A DNA stretch of 64,000 bases from Tubiluchus corallicola (GCA_030141605.1 JAQGDQ010000271.1:247350-311349); one strand, 5' to 3'; numbered from the stretch's first letter, positions 12,857-26,175 are shown. A program made the numbers and translations. The notes: generated by a model not told the origin, from the sequence alone.

Positions 12857-14700
12857 AAATTAGCTTTTAGGAAATCTTGTTAATAAAAAGTAGATAGCAT
12901 TTGTGTTAACGAGTATTTATTTTTTAAAAAGTTCCATTCAGCAAAACAAGAACAGCTGTTCTAGAACTTAAGCCTAGCTGGTGAAACCATGACAACATGA
13001 ATTCTGGGAGATGTCATCGTTAGAAAGCAACACTTTTAAAAACAGCATCTGGTAGCCGAAAGCTGCAAAAGTTACTGTAAGAGTGGAAGCAGGGCTGGAA
13101 CCAGGGTTGGGAGGTGCAGGGTGGGGGTTGTGGATCATAAAAAATTAATTTTAGTTCATCTTTTATTTGCTGATTTCAGGTCGACTTTTTCTTCACGGAG
13201 AAATATTGTACATTCCCATGAGATAGTTTCTATTTGCAAATTTACTGTTTTAAGAGAAACTAAAATACATTATTATTTCATTCAAGCAAATTTTCTATTC
13301 AGTTATAACTTGAGAACAATAGTATGATTCACACATTACAAATTTTACAAATATATCGTGTTAGTTAACTATCATAAATGTTTACTTATATATTACCAAT
13401 TACATGAATAGCATAATTATCACAAGTAGCACAATGCACAAAAGTACAATAATCACCTTACAAGGCATAACATAAATTCAATTTAAGTGTAAACCAATTT
13501 TAGCTATAATTTAGCACTATAGACCTATATAGAGGGACTTACTCTGTCAGCCAGTGAAAGCTACAAGAGTCGTCCTCGTTGCTCATGTAGAGCGGCCTTA
13601 TATAAACTTTTCCTTCATAACTTAATCTAAATTGTGGGCTTCATGCATTGCATACTTGTATGGTCTGAAACTACCCACAGACCTATTCTAAGAGCAAGCC
13701 TAAGTTTAATATTCAAGGCTATATTGTAAGAATGTAGTTAAAGGAAAATTCATTAATCAGAAAAAATGCTAGAGAATTTAGGGGGGATTTTATAGACACA
13801 TAAAATTAAATTTATCTTCGGGAAATATATATATCTATTTGCCGACAACAAGTAAATAAAACCACCAGTAAAGCGCTATTACACGTAATATGAATAAACT
13901 TGTTTGGTAAAAAATCGCAAGACAGGAAACGTGAAAAGTTCGACACGGCCTGGATTCGAATCAGGCTTTTTCTGTTATGAACGCCAATTAAAAAATAAAA
14001 ATTTGTGATTTCCACGGTTTAGGTTTATTTTTGTAAATATTTCTTTTAATCTTGTTAACTCTTTACAAAAAAAGGGGGAAAGCAATTACTGGGCAACTGA
14101 AAACCCTGGTATTTTAAAGTTCAATTCTGCATTTCGCGAGGTGCAAATATGTGATTAAAATAAAGATTGTTAATATCGCAATTCTGTTTACAGAAAACGA
14201 TAAAGTTAAAATAGTTATTTCACAGGTTATATATACAAGGATTAGAACGATTACATGATAATGGCATTGCGAATAAATACAGTTTTAGGGAGAGAAAAAT
14301 AAAGCAAAACTACTACGTAACAGCCATTAGCCACGTTAAGTTAATGACTACGTCAAAATGACTGAAACAATTTACATAAACACAACAAAATACAAATGTA
14401 ATGACTGCATACAGATAATTGTTTCACGCATGCCAAGTAAATTTAATGCCGCTCAGGACCTGAGCCAAGCTGGCAAGTAAACAGTATCAAATTGAATGTA
14501 TCGGTGCGTTTTGTCGTTAAGAATTGATACAGTTAAACAGTCCAGTTTTGGAAGGCATTCAGAAATACAACAAATCATTGTGTGTTCTGTTCGGAGATGT
14601 ACGTAGTAGCGTTTATGTGCTGCGAAATTGGTCGTTGACTAATTAAGATTAATATTTCAGTATGTGAGTTGTGACGATTTAATTGACACAACCTTAAAGC

Positions 14701-14753
14701 ATGACGACAAAAATGTTAAAGCCAACACACTCCTTCATACAGAAAGCCATTAA
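14701..14753 (+). CDS. PP2C-like (CG9801-type) gene, putative first coding exon (MTTKMLKPTHSFIQKAIN)
   Basis: ATG with an in-frame upstream stop; strong donor AA|GTGAGT whose phase 2 matches the exon at 21769. Confidence 0.55.
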
Positions 14754-15315
14754 GTGAGTCATTTTTCAATATGTGTATATGGTTCAAATGCTAACCCTTT
14801 CATGCATGATTTTGTAAGGCGTGAGTATCGAGTCATGAACATTGTGCAGAATGCTACTTGCTAGCCGTAACGTGTTTAAAAGATCTGTGATAACTGATTC
14901 GGATTCCGAGTTTTCTACCTCTGCTTGTGTCAGCTTTTCAATATAGTTGTTACAGGGTTTTGTTCTGTAAGCAATGAACTTTCGATTAACGTTATAAGAA
15001 AATTTTTGATCATGAAATCACCAAAATTGTTATTGAACATTCATTTTTCTCATGATTTTGGACACTTATAGAGATTCTGAAATCTGGTGTTGAAGTTATG
15101 CCGTAATCCTTTTCATAAACATACCTTGAAAACTAGTAAATGCTTTGTTCAAGTCTATATGATGTGTTTCTTGAACTTTCATATATATTTCAACGTTGCT
15201 GTACAGTTTTGTTGGTTCGTGTTTTTCCATTTCCTGTATCTTTCATGGTTCCCTTTTTTAATATCGGGTGCAAAATCGCCTTAGTTCTGTTGATTGAGTC
15301 CTAGACTTCTGCATG

Positions 15316-15684
15316 TGTTGTGGAGATCGCTGGCATCTATTAGAATTAAATAGAACATTGTAGAATGTTCCATTAGAATAATCGTCTTACCTTGTAGAAT
15401 GTTCTAGAAGGAAACGTCTAGAATGTTCCCTGGCACCCTATATAAGGCAAAGCAAGCCGCTGAGACGGGCAAACAGAGTCCCACGGACACCACTTGCACA
15501 TTCTCTTGTATACTTACATTTTCAGATACACTCAAACGTTTTCCAGATTTTCATGTTTAGTGTAATCATTTCGCGTTCCTTCATACTTTTGTGTTGTAGA
15601 ATTCTCGCTTAATAAACTAGTTTAATTTGACGAAGTGTTTTCTGGTTTTCTCTACGAGCCTTTAGAGAGAAACAAAACACAACA
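15316..15684 (+). mobile_element. Solo LTR of an LTR retrotransposon (369 bp)
   Basis: TGTTGTG...CACAACA termini, TATATAA at about 15439, AATAAA at 15611, near-perfect 5-bp TSD (GCATG/GTATG). Confidence 0.8.
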
Positions 15685-15929
15685 GTATGTCTCATTCCTG
15701 TTGTGAGAAATTAGTTTATCCTATTAGGTTAATTTATTTTTCTTGTCGACAGATGTCTGTGTGTTCCATGTGCTGTCTAAATTATTTTTGTACTGATTAA
15801 GATTATTATTGAGGTGGAAAATTATAGTGTTCTTTATGCGATTTTTTCTGATGTCAGATTTCACATGTTACTGCAACATTGAAATATTTGTGAGACGAAA
15901 ATCAATGGGCTTGTACCGTAACAATGGCA

Positions 15930-16217
15930 ATGTTTTAACTTTTTAACTTTCTTTGCTATTGGAGAACATTAAATTCCAATCCCTTCACCAAACACTGCTT
16001 TCAATTTATAATGATGCAAACAGAAATTTTCGTGACCTTTGCACTCTTAAAATTGATTCAGTTTTTTTTGCATTGTAACAACGGCATGTGTTTTAACTTT
16101 CTTTGCTATTGAAGAACATTAAATTCCAATCCCTTCACCAAACACTGCTTTCAATTTCTAATGATACAAACAGAAATTTTCGTGACCTTTGCAATCTTAA
16201 AATTCATTCAGTTTTTT
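15930..16217. repeat. Local direct duplication of about 140 bp
   Basis: ttttaactttctttgctattg...gtgacctttgca...ttcagttttt occurs twice, at about 15940 and about 16090. Confidence 0.8.
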
Positions 16218-16326
16218 ACCTACAAGATTAGATGTGATTGATTCATCTTCAACACAGATTTTACTTTGTTCAAAAGATTTCTGAACATCTTATTAAACAT
16301 ATACTAAAGCCTGTAATCATTTAGCC

Positions 16327-16809
16327 CAGGGATGTGCAAATTGCGGCCCACCGAGAGAATTTGTGCGGCCCGCGAAGAGATTTGTCAACCTAATGAAAGT
16401 GCGGCTCGGGCGATTAATTGAGTGTATCCAGCTGAAGTCTGTGCCACGATCTCAAAGATAGTGCGGGTAGTTTTTTCTACTAGATCGGATGCCATTAACC
16501 CTTACAAGATGGTTGTAGCTTAATGTCACTGTACTACACAGACTGTGTGATACACATTACTAATATGCATTGTAATGAAATTACCACTATCTGTCCTGAA
16601 AGTAGAAATATATGGTTTGTAATATAAATTTTAATAACTTCTAAAATAGTTTCTTGAGTGTAGTAGTAATGATGTACGCAGGTCGGATGCAAAAAAGATC
16701 GTTATTAGGCCTTTCTGTACTTGGCTCCTTGATTAAATTGCCTGTGGCCCGCAGGAATTGTGGGAAAGTTTAATGTGACCCGGCTAGTCAGATAATTTGC
16801 ACACCCCTG
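16327..16809. mobile_element. hAT-family MITE, copy 1
   Basis: TIR CAGGG(A/G)TGTGCAAAT...ATTTGCACACCCCTG with 8-bp TSD ATTTAGCC; near-identical to 41174-41863. Confidence 0.92.
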
Positions 16810-18619
16810 ATTTAGCCTGTATTAGTAACAGTATACACAATATGCAAGGTTTAAATGCAGTTTTCAAGAAGTTAATAATTTTTAATAGATTTTTTAATCT
16901 CTACTTTTGATATTAGTTTGCTTTTTATTACATCCTGTAGCAAGTTATTGTACTGAAATATTCTTTACTAATTGATAAACATTCACCTACTTAAATGTAG
17001 CAGAGTGAGAGATTGCTAGCCTTGCACAAATTGTGAATGAAACAATACGTGCCATGTTCTAAAAACTTAGGAGAATTGTACAATTGTTATGTAAAAATAA
17101 TCCTAGAGCAACACACTTTTGAGCGATTTTCAGGCCAGTATTATGTCTCTTGCAAAAGTGCAACATGTAAATCTTTGTAGACGCATACATTCGTATTCAG
17201 CTATGACTGATAATGTCAAAAATAGAACAGAGATGCAGATTTAGCTATAAATGCATTAATATTAAAGAACTGATTAACAATATTAACCATTAACAATACT
17301 TTCGGTTTCAGGCGAGTTGAGGAGCTGCCTGGTTGCTGTGTGGCTTAGTTTCCAAAAGCGAGCAATGTTGAGAGTAGTTAGTGAATGGATGGGTGACAGC
17401 AAGTATCAGTGCTTGTTCTGTGTAGTTACTCGTTGATAAGGATATAATATTCATATAAACATGGGTAACACTTCACTGCTGATCTAGTATTTCATCTTAT
17501 ATGGCATAAGATGGCATAAACAAACTTAACTTTATGCATCATAATATCATCATAGCTTTGAAATGAAAAGTTATTTAGAATTATTGTTCCAATGTAAATT
17601 CTGCTGATGGATTTTGAATGAAATGAATGTTTATTTCCCTGAGGCATGTGTAAATAAGGATGGCAAAGTTTAGTTTCGGAGTTGCTTCTAGTTCGTTCAT
17701 TGGTGAATTTGTGTGTAGTCTAATTTTGCAAAATTTGTTGTGACTTCAATCTTGAAACATCTCGTAACAGAATTCACACTGAACCACGTGCAGTCATTTT
17801 AAAACAGCAGTATCATATGCCTTGCCACATCAGAAATTTGGCTGATTTCTGAAAAAGGTGATAAGAGTGTCTGATCATCGTAAATTTCCAAACTTGTTTA
17901 AAATCTTCAGTAGAATTTTTACTAATAAGGCATCATTATTCTGTATTACATCAACATGATCAACTTGGTTATTATTCATGGTAGTCAGATTGTTCGTGAC
18001 GACTTAACCCCCCCAAAATTAGACCTGCCATTAAATGTTTAAGCTACTGGGATATCGGTTGTTTGTTTTACTGACATTCTAACTGTGTACGTATCTGTTG
18101 CAAAGTGTGGCTAATCCGCCACCCCGCGGAGATGTTTCACGTCTGTCTAATGCATCCTGCATAGAGGCTGAAGCTGCAGTATCACGTGACTTCCAATAAA
18201 ATGAATTTATTATATCACTCTATAGTAATTCATGACAGTTTGGAACGCGCCGGTTTTGATTACTTCTCAGAACGATTTTCGGCTCCGATAGTTTGCCGTA
18301 TATTTTTGTTTGACGTAACTTTATCACTGCTCTCCGTGTTTGACTTTCCTGACTGCTGGACTATTTGGAAAAACAGTTGAAAATTTTCTTGCTTAAAACT
18401 GTCTACTGTACGTAGCTTTTTCTTGATTTTTTTAGGACAGTTTGTCAGTTTTTTTGGGTAAAAAAACTTGCAGTTTTGTGACCAACCCTGCAATGAACAT
18501 CTTGCCTGTCAATGCTATGTTTCTATATATCAAGGATTACTTTAGTTGAAGGTGTTCACTAATTCCAGAATGCCAAAAGTTTGTTTGCAGTATCATTGTC
18601 TGCTGCTTCTCTCATTGTT

Positions 18620-18860
18620 AAACCTAGGTATACATCATGGCTGTTTATAAATCCATTTTCCCTCGGACTACTTATCTCTGGAATTCTATACTGCAAATTG
18701 TCTCTCTGTCAACTACAGCCTTACAGGTATCTTCTGTAGCTAGCGTATTCACATTAGTTACAAGAATGCTGTTTTTCTGCATCTGTGTTCATGTTTGCAC
18801 CTTTCTATTCTTGTTCCATACTTTGATTAATCACGGGTCTCGTTTGGAGTGATACATATA
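18620..18860 (+). mobile_element. Degenerate 3' fragment of a LINE ORF2 plus 3' UTR
   Basis: Translation YKSIFPRTTYLWNSI resembles the LINE ORF2 C-terminal (F)FPRT..WN motif. Confidence 0.45.
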
Positions 18861-18868
18861 AAAACATT

Positions 18869-19259
18869 GTTGTTGGCATCATTTTGTCTCGGAAGACAAT
18901 GGAGTTTGCGCCAAGAGAGTCAGTTATTGATCACATTGATGGAGCTGCAGCGTCGACTGTGGCTGAGCAATCCGATCCTTGAACCACTGGAATGGCCTCT
19001 CCAGGGCACACACCTGGGCAAGGTGTATGCAGATGCTGAGTTGCCCAGACAACATGAACCCCCTCTCTTCCTCCCTGGTTTAGTCCAAAGGAAAGTGGAG
19101 CGATATGTTTGGCACCAGGTTGGCTGCAGGAGCTGCCGGAGTCAGTGAGCATGCTGCACTGGTCCGCCTTCGGGGCTCCACTCCTGATTTGGAAGGTTTA
19201 CCCCTCTACATGACCGCTGGTTTTTGAACCGGTGTTTTCAACGTGATATGGCCGTAGAC
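18869..19259 (-). mobile_element. 5S-derived SINE, internally deleted copy 2
   Basis: 5' end of the 5S head at 19259, shared body and tail, TSD ATAAAAACATT on both sides. Confidence 0.88.
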
Positions 19260-19658
19260 CCATAAAAACATTAGCCCCTTAAGAAGTTTAGAATCATAAA
19301 TTGCTACGACAATCACCTCAGAGACAAGTAGCATCCCAGCATCCAAACATGACTCGATCCATCCTGATTCACTCACGTTCTCGTAATAGAAAGAGGAAGT
19401 AGGAATAGTTTTCAAGGGAAAGATTGCAGAAGAAATGTGCAGGATGAGGAACACATACCGTGTCATTGTATTTTTATAAGAGTGTGGATTTTAATAATAT
19501 ACAGTCATTATATAACAGTTTGGACCAACATAATCTGATACATTTTGTTTATGAGTAATTTAATGTTTTCAAGTGATAGTATTTTTGTATAACTAACCTA
19601 ACTTGCACTGTAGTTATTCGTAATTGTTGTGAATGGGATGCCAGCCGTCAACAAATTT

Positions 19659-19800
19659 TACTACTACTACTACTGCTACTACTACTACTACTACTACTGC
19701 TACGACTACTACTACGACTACTACTACTACTACCACTACCACTACTACTAGCACTGCTACTGCCATTACCACTACACTACCACTACCACTACTACTACTA
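19659..19800. repeat. (ACT)n microsatellite
   Basis: Directly visible. Confidence 0.95.
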
Positions 19801-20587
19801 ATGTTCACAGAGCATTAGTTTGACTTAGTACATTCAAATACATCATATGGCCAAAGTATTGCAGCAAACTTTTTAATCTCACACAGTCTGACACATTGAG
19901 TGGGTTGGATAGCCAAGTGGGCACAATGTGTACTTCCTGTGTGTCGAACTACAGGCATAGAAATGTGCTGTACCTTATTTTAATGGTGTAAGCATGTATC
20001 TTGCATTGTTAATTGGACATTAAGGAAGTTATATACAGTGTCCAGTGACATCATATCTGATTATATTTCACCAGCAGAACTCTTAATTTCTAACACAATC
20101 TTTTTAACTGTCTGAGTTAGCAAAAGTTCTGGGGAAATTGCTTCCTATAATGATGTACACATGTGTTCTTAGCTTGCTCAGTTCTTTCTGCTTCTTTATA
20201 CCACTAATGAAGGTAATTACAGAAAACTGCTGGTTGTTATCAAATGTAAACAAAGAAGCCAGCCAGTTCATGACACTCAAAGTTTATGTTCTCAGTAGAA
20301 TTACACATTGTGCTATTTTTGGCTTCATCTAGTATGGAGGCTGGTTTCTGTTCAACCATTAGTACTTTCAGTTTAAATAAAACTTCTTCTAACTATGAAG
20401 TCTGACCAAAGTTGTGTCCACTTTGGTTGAAATTTCAACAAGTGTTTTTTTTTGTAAAATGATTTTTTTATCGTTGTTTATATTGCAAAATATATTCTAG
20501 TGAAATTGGTCAGTTTGCTGCAAATTTTGGCCAATGCAAACATTTCACATTATTCCCTCTTTCTTTGTCTCCCTCTTGTTCTCTAAA

Positions 20588-20602
20588 TCTCTCTCTCTTT
20601 TG

Positions 20603-20634
<32 letters not shown>

Positions 20635-20653
20635 TTCTCCCCTCTCTCTCTCT

Positions 20654-20686
<33 letters not shown>

Positions 20687-20687
20687 C

Positions 20688-20725
<38 letters not shown>

Positions 20726-20738
20726 CCTCTCTCTCTCT

Positions 20739-20799
<61 letters not shown>

Positions 20800-20822
20800 T
20801 CTTTCCCCTCTCTCTCTCTCTC
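20588..20822. repeat. (CT)n microsatellite / polypyrimidine tract
   Basis: Directly visible; source of the RE- and SL-repeat ORFs. Confidence 0.97.
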
Positions 20823-21768
20823 ACCCGCTCCCTTTCTCCCGTTTTCTCTCCTCCTTTCTCTTTCTGTCTCTGAAATGAAAATGAAGTTGTACAAAATCTA
20901 CTTTGCTATTTTCACTTTCTCGAGTAAAAAGGTGGATTGTTCTTCGTACAGTCTCAGCTTTGCTCTGACCTTTACACTAAATACCACATAGTTCATCATA
21001 TCGTAATTACTGCTTGGTTGGCAGTTATTCCAGAAATGTCTGATCAATAGGCTTTCAAGAGCTTTCAAACATTGACAATAGAAACACAGGGTTTCCAATT
21101 TGAGGACAAGTTTTGCAAAATATTGATTTCATCATTTTTGTCTTGCTCAAACAGAGACAAGTTTCATCTAAATTCCAATGCTTGATTATAACTTGGCTTC
21201 TATTCTGTGTCACTGACATGTTCATGTTTGCACTTTGAAATTTGCACTTAGTTCAATATTTATCACGCTTTTATTACTTTAGTTTGCGTTTGAATGAATG
21301 GCCGCTTGGTCTCTGCCTGTGAAGTTAAACAACGTCGAGATCATTCAGTGAATGGTTGGGTGACCATTGCATTTTTTACTTGCTGTGCGTAGTCTCATTC
21401 ACCAAACTGATTCAAGTTGTGGGAGGGTGTATTCATATCTGAACAAATTTAAGACATCTCTGTCTGCTTGTGTCATGTTAGAGGATTAAGCATGGTAAGG
21501 AGCTTGGTGCCCGTCATGCCACTTTGTGTAGATCCTGCCTATCTATGTTTCTATTTCAGTAAAGTTGCCAGCGCACGTATGAGTTTCAAATGCAAAGAAA
21601 CATTAGTGCCAGTCATGCCACATTGTGTAGATTCTACCTTTAGTGCTTGCAATCTATCTTTCTATTTCAGTAAAGTTGCCAGCACGCGTACGAGTTTCAA
21701 ACACACGAAACATTAGTGCCAGTCGTGCCACATTGTGTAGATCCTGCTAATCTATGTTTCTATTTCAG

Positions 21769-21947
21769 TAAAGTTGCCAGCACTCGCACGAGCTTCAAAC
21801 ACAAGAAACGGGAAGATGTCTACTGCGGAAAGACGGGCATGGATCTGCCAAACTATGAAATTGAGCCGCTTTCCAGCCACGTGGTTGCAGTCTACTCCGG
21901 CCCAGATGGTGGATTGGCAGGATTAAAGCTAGAGTCTGTTGAAAATG
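21769..21947 (+). CDS. PP2C-like gene exon 2 (KVASTRTSFKHKKREDVYCGKTGMDLPNYE...VYSGPDGGL...)
   Basis: Acceptor tatttcag, donor G|GTATCT; the YSGPDGGL motif is, from recall, typical of the CG9801-type N-terminus. Confidence 0.8.
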
Positions 21948-22070
21948 GTATCTGGATTTGTTAAATGATGATTGGTTAACTTTTCATAGTGCTGTGTGTT
22001 CATGCACGGCTGACCTAGGAATAACGTTGTGACATGAGACCGTGTCAGCTGCTGTTAAATTACTGAAAAG

Positions 22071-22412
22071 ATATCAAAATGCAAAAATATTGCAAAAAAA
22101 TCAAAATGCAAAAATATTGCAAAAAAAATATCAAACTGTAAAAATATTGCAAAAAATATCAAAATGTAAAAATATTGCAAAAAATATCAAAATGTAAAAA
22201 TATTGCAAAAAATATCAAAATGTAAAAATATTGCAAAAAATATCAAAATGTAAAAATATTGCAAAAAAATATCAAAATGCAAAATATTGCAAAAAAACAT
22301 CAAAATGTGAAAATATTGCAAAAAAATCAAAATGCAAAAATATTGCAAAAAAATATGAAAATGTAAAAATATTGCAAAAAATATCAAAATGTAAAAATAT
22401 TGCAAAAAAAAT
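22071..22412. repeat. AT-rich minisatellite of about 28-29 bp (ATATCAAAATGTAAAAATATTGCAAAAA)
   Basis: Direct periodicity, about 12 copies. Confidence 0.92.
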
Positions 22413-22890
22413 GAAAATGACAATTTGCTTGGTTAGAACACTGTAAATGGAAAGTCACTGTTTCACCACAAGTATAATTTTTTTATGTAATGTTACACGA
22501 TGCAAGTTGTATGCAGCAGTCAATGGCAGGTTGTAATTATTACTTTGATGAGTGCGACAGGACCAGAATCTAACAACTTTCGAAGAATTTTACTTAATCA
22601 CTTGCTGTTTCCCTGCAGAACATGCAAGCAGCTGCTGGTTCAAAACTCATCTTTGTTATCATTCTAATACTGGCTGTTTAGAGTTCAGCTTATTGGAGGT
22701 GAATGTGCTCATACCAGCATTAAGCTGAGATCTGGTCTTGCCACAAGCATCAGCTGGTCCTATCACTCACTGCTGAATTCTATCTTGCAAAGTAGAGAAC
22801 TATTCAAAAAAAGCTATCAAGCTGTATAATATCATTTGATTAATCTGTATCTTCTACTTGTAAAACTATTTTTGCTAAATTCTGTTTCAG

Positions 22891-23028
22891 ATGAAACTGC
22901 CGACCTTCCCTTTTCTGACTTGGAGCTCATTGCGGGGGTGCCCAGCTGCTGGCTGGAGAAGACTGACTTCGCCTACGGTATTGCAACGTCGCTGTATGAC
23001 TGCCACCCCATCACTGGCGAAATGACTG
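22891..23028 (+). CDS. PP2C-like gene exon 3 (DETADLPF...AYGIATSLYDCHPITGEMTG)
   Basis: Acceptor tgtttcag, donor G|GTAATT, phase 1/1. Confidence 0.88.
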
Positions 23029-24581
23029 GTAATTATTCCGGACTTTCAACACTCAGTGTTAAAGCACAAAAAACTCTCCAATTACATAGAACTTTAAAAA
23101 TTTGTCTTCAAATTTACACCACTTGCATACTACCTTTTTGCATGCAGGGCTTGTGTCGGCAGTAACGTTGTATAAAACTTAAATTTAAACTCCCGAAATG
23201 ACCATTAGACGCTGCTATTCTGACGATAAGTCATTTGAAACAAGATTAGATAACACTGAGTAAAGTTTGAAAAAATAATCAGAGCATTCGTAGCGCATCA
23301 GACACTAACTAAGCAAAATTCAAAATTACTGTATCTTGTCAATAAGATTAAAATACATTTTTGGTTAGCGAGTGGTGCACCCTGGAGGATGAGTTAGCAA
23401 CATTTTACCAATTGGTGAAAACATTTTAAATAATTAATAATTTTCTTTTCTAGTTACATGAGTATTCCAGCAGGTAAGCAAAATGCTGAGTAACATAACT
23501 TTGCATGGAAAGTTTTTTGGGACATAATTTAACATTTCCTTTTCTTACCCTGATTTACCTTGTAGATATATAGCTTCATGTAATGGTGCGGTTGGAACAA
23601 CATTGCGGGAAATTTAAAATGAAAACAAACAAAAAATGCTTTCAATGCGAGTACGATATGTACATTACATCAAATTGCTATAAAGTAATATAATTGTTAA
23701 AGGCAATATTTCTGAAACCTACTTCAGTAGCCCTCTAATGTTTCATAATTGATAATAAAAATAAATGATAACACCCGATTGAAATCCTATATTGGATTAC
23801 GTCAAATTCGACATACAAATGTAACGTACAGAGAGGGTCTCGAAGAAGTATGACATCCGAGCAATCAGGGGGGGGGGGGCTGAGCCACTTTTGCCCAAAA
23901 ATTCAGTGTCAACTTCGAGTCGGGAATTGCCTCACCCCGCGATAAAAAATTTCGGGCGCTTCATTTGGTGCCATGGAGAAACTTGGAGATTTTCTTTTAT
24001 GAGAAATATTATTTTATTTTTTCATCATTTGGCCGGTGCCAGGAAAATTTGGGGATTGCCCGAAAAAATGTGTTTGCCCTAATCCAGTACGCCCCAAAGC
24101 CCCCGGCTCGTACACCCGTTAAACTTGGTCAGATGCTTAAATATCCCTAAAGAACGTGAAATGTGTGTCAACTAAATTTAATTTGATTGCAATTTCAAAC
24201 AACGTGTATGAATCCTGTGATAAAGAGTTATAAACTATTGTTCGTAATTTATTTTTCCCTTCTTTAGGCCAAAGTCTTTTCTATTCTAGAAAAGAACAGC
24301 AGTATGTACAATTAGTCGAATTCAACGAATGATCGATTCTGATTAGCAAAATTATAAAATGTGGCAGCCATAGTTATTGTGTCACAGTTAGCTGCAAGCA
24401 AAAAGATCAATCTTAATAAATCTGCTTCATGAACTGTGAAGAATATAAGCAGCATTGAATATTGCATCTCAGACTATTTTATACGGTTTGATGCACCTCA
24501 GACTAGTATCATTTTCAGGTGCTGCTTATTGTGTTGACATTATTATTATTATTATTATAATTCTTTATTAATTATATACAT

Positions 24582-24845
24582 ACGGTTTAGTGTAGTGGTA
24601 ATGCACCTGCTTTCCGTCTAGGAGGTCGTGAGTTTGAACCAGCGGCCGGGTCATACAAAAGACTTTAAAAATGGTACATGTTGTTGCCCTGCCTGACGCG
24701 TGGTATTTAGGGTAAAAGTGGGGTAATAATAATCTCTGTTATGTAGTTGTAGGTTGTTATTTACAGTCGGCGATAATAGCTCTTTGAGCTAATGTTAATT
24801 GTTGACTCAAAAGCCGACTTTAAATAAAGATTATTATTATTATAT
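24582..24845 (+). mobile_element. tRNA-headed SINE with Meta-type central domain, copy 1
   Basis: A/B-box-like head (TAGTGTAGTGG...GTTTGAACC), CCGGGTCATAC.AAAGACTTTAAAAATGGTAC core and (ATT)n tail; near-identical to 31082. Meta assignment is from recall. Confidence 0.8.
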
Positions 24846-25388
24846 TATACATACATATACATACAATTTCTCTCTATGTGCAGGCAACGTGTTAATTCAT
24901 TTCCTATAGTAAAAAGTTTTTTTCCTTTACCACATTTTATCTAAATTTCTATTTACAAATATATACTTAAATGTATTATATATATATACATCATATTTAT
25001 GTATTAATTATACATCTACACTTAGCATATGTTTATAATTTCACAGAAAATTGGCGCAGTTGTAGATAATTTATTGCATTGATAGATATGTTAGGATCGG
25101 AACTTGGGCATTGTCTAAGATAAATCTATAAGATTAAGGTAAGACCCTGTACAGTAAGAATGCCTTAACCCGGTTTGCATGTATATAATCCTGAGAGAAA
25201 GAACCTGAGGTAGTATGGCAGATGAAACCATCCAGTAGGCCCTTCCATTTACTAGCCGAGCCCAGTATTGCTGAACCTTGCTCACTAAGCACGCACCATG
25301 GCCATTATCACACGTGATTTTAACATTAGTTGCAGACTTTAAATAAGTGCGTATCACATTTTTTACATATTTTCGACTTCAATTCAAG

Positions 25389-25570
25389 GTGAACCGGTTG
25401 CCGACGTATTTGGAATTTGCGCTCGTGAAAACAACTGCATCCTCGCTCTTGCCGATGGCGTCAACTGGGGCGAACGAGCCGCCAAGGCTGCGCGTGCTGC
25501 CGTCTATGGGTCAATGGAGTATTTAAATAAAGAATTATACGCCGAGGGTCGCATGCCCGAAAGTACAGAG
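25389..25570 (+). CDS. PP2C-like gene exon 4 (GEPVADVFG...ILALADGVNWG...)
   Basis: PP2C/PPM motif-2-like ADGVNWG; acceptor ttcaag, donor GAG|GTATGG. Confidence 0.92.
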
Positions 25571-25973
25571 GTATGGTACCATAGTAATTTTCTTGTAAAA
25601 ACTTGTGCATTTGCCGAGTATTGCTTGTTAGAGGTGTCGTGTATATCGAAGTCAATTTGATTATTGAAATATAAATGAACTAGTACTGCATTACGTAATT
25701 TCATTTGAAAAATACACAGATCAAAGTAGTGCAAATATAAATGAAATGTGCAAATTGTCATTCCGTTTGTAGTGGGTCATATCACTGTATTATAATTTGT
25801 GACGCATGTACCATGTTTTTCAATATTTCTAATTCACGTGTGATAATTTGATTTTTTAACTTTAAACAAAAGTCTTAAGAAATACCAATTTCACAAAAGT
25901 GTAAAGGCAATAAATTTGTCAACTCATTTAAAATGTCAGTTGATCATTTATCGTCAATTCTTATCAACTGCAG

Positions 25974-26175
25974 GATTTATTCTGCTGTTTGATGTCGTCG
26001 TTCGACTCCGCGCAAAGAAGCATCATCGAACACGATGGTTTTCTCACCACTCTGTGCATAGCGTTCATCTGTAAGATAAAAGATTCGGAAAAGTTTGCCG
26101 TCTGCGTTTGCAACGTGGGCGATAGTTATGCATACGTGTACAACCGGAAACATGGCGTTAGGGAGATTACCGAGG
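25974..26175 (+). CDS. PP2C-like gene exon 5 (DLFCCLM...LTTLC...VCNVGDSYAYVY...VREITEG)
   Basis: PP2C motifs TTLC and NVGDS; acceptor ctgcag, donor G|GTATGT. Confidence 0.93.

Larger units (their letters stand above)
7246..13259. repeat. Tandem segmental duplication of about 2.9 kb (copy A about 7246-10149, copy B about 10386-13259), each carrying one LRR gene
   Basis: Colinear, highly similar sequence at an offset of about 3.1 kb; paired ORFs 7548/10714, 7857/11017 and 9087/12197. Confidence 0.97.

Noticed and set aside
13700-13850. Possible degenerate CR1-type RT remnant
   Set aside because: Frameshifted and too faint to support.
17330-17400. Degenerate 5S-like fragments (GTTAGTGAATGGATGGGTGAC; similar at 21300-21367)
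   Set aside because: Probably old SINE3 relics but too short and diverged to delimit.
20510-20894. RE- and SL-dipeptide ORFs (also poly-T/poly-V ORFs at 19614-19818)
   Set aside because: Microsatellite translations.
23866-24125. Possible MITE fragment with a G-run
   Set aside because: No matching TIR pair or TSD found.
24582-24650. tRNA gene (also 31082-31150)
   Set aside because: Incomplete cloverleaf continuing into a shared SINE body and (ATT)n tail.
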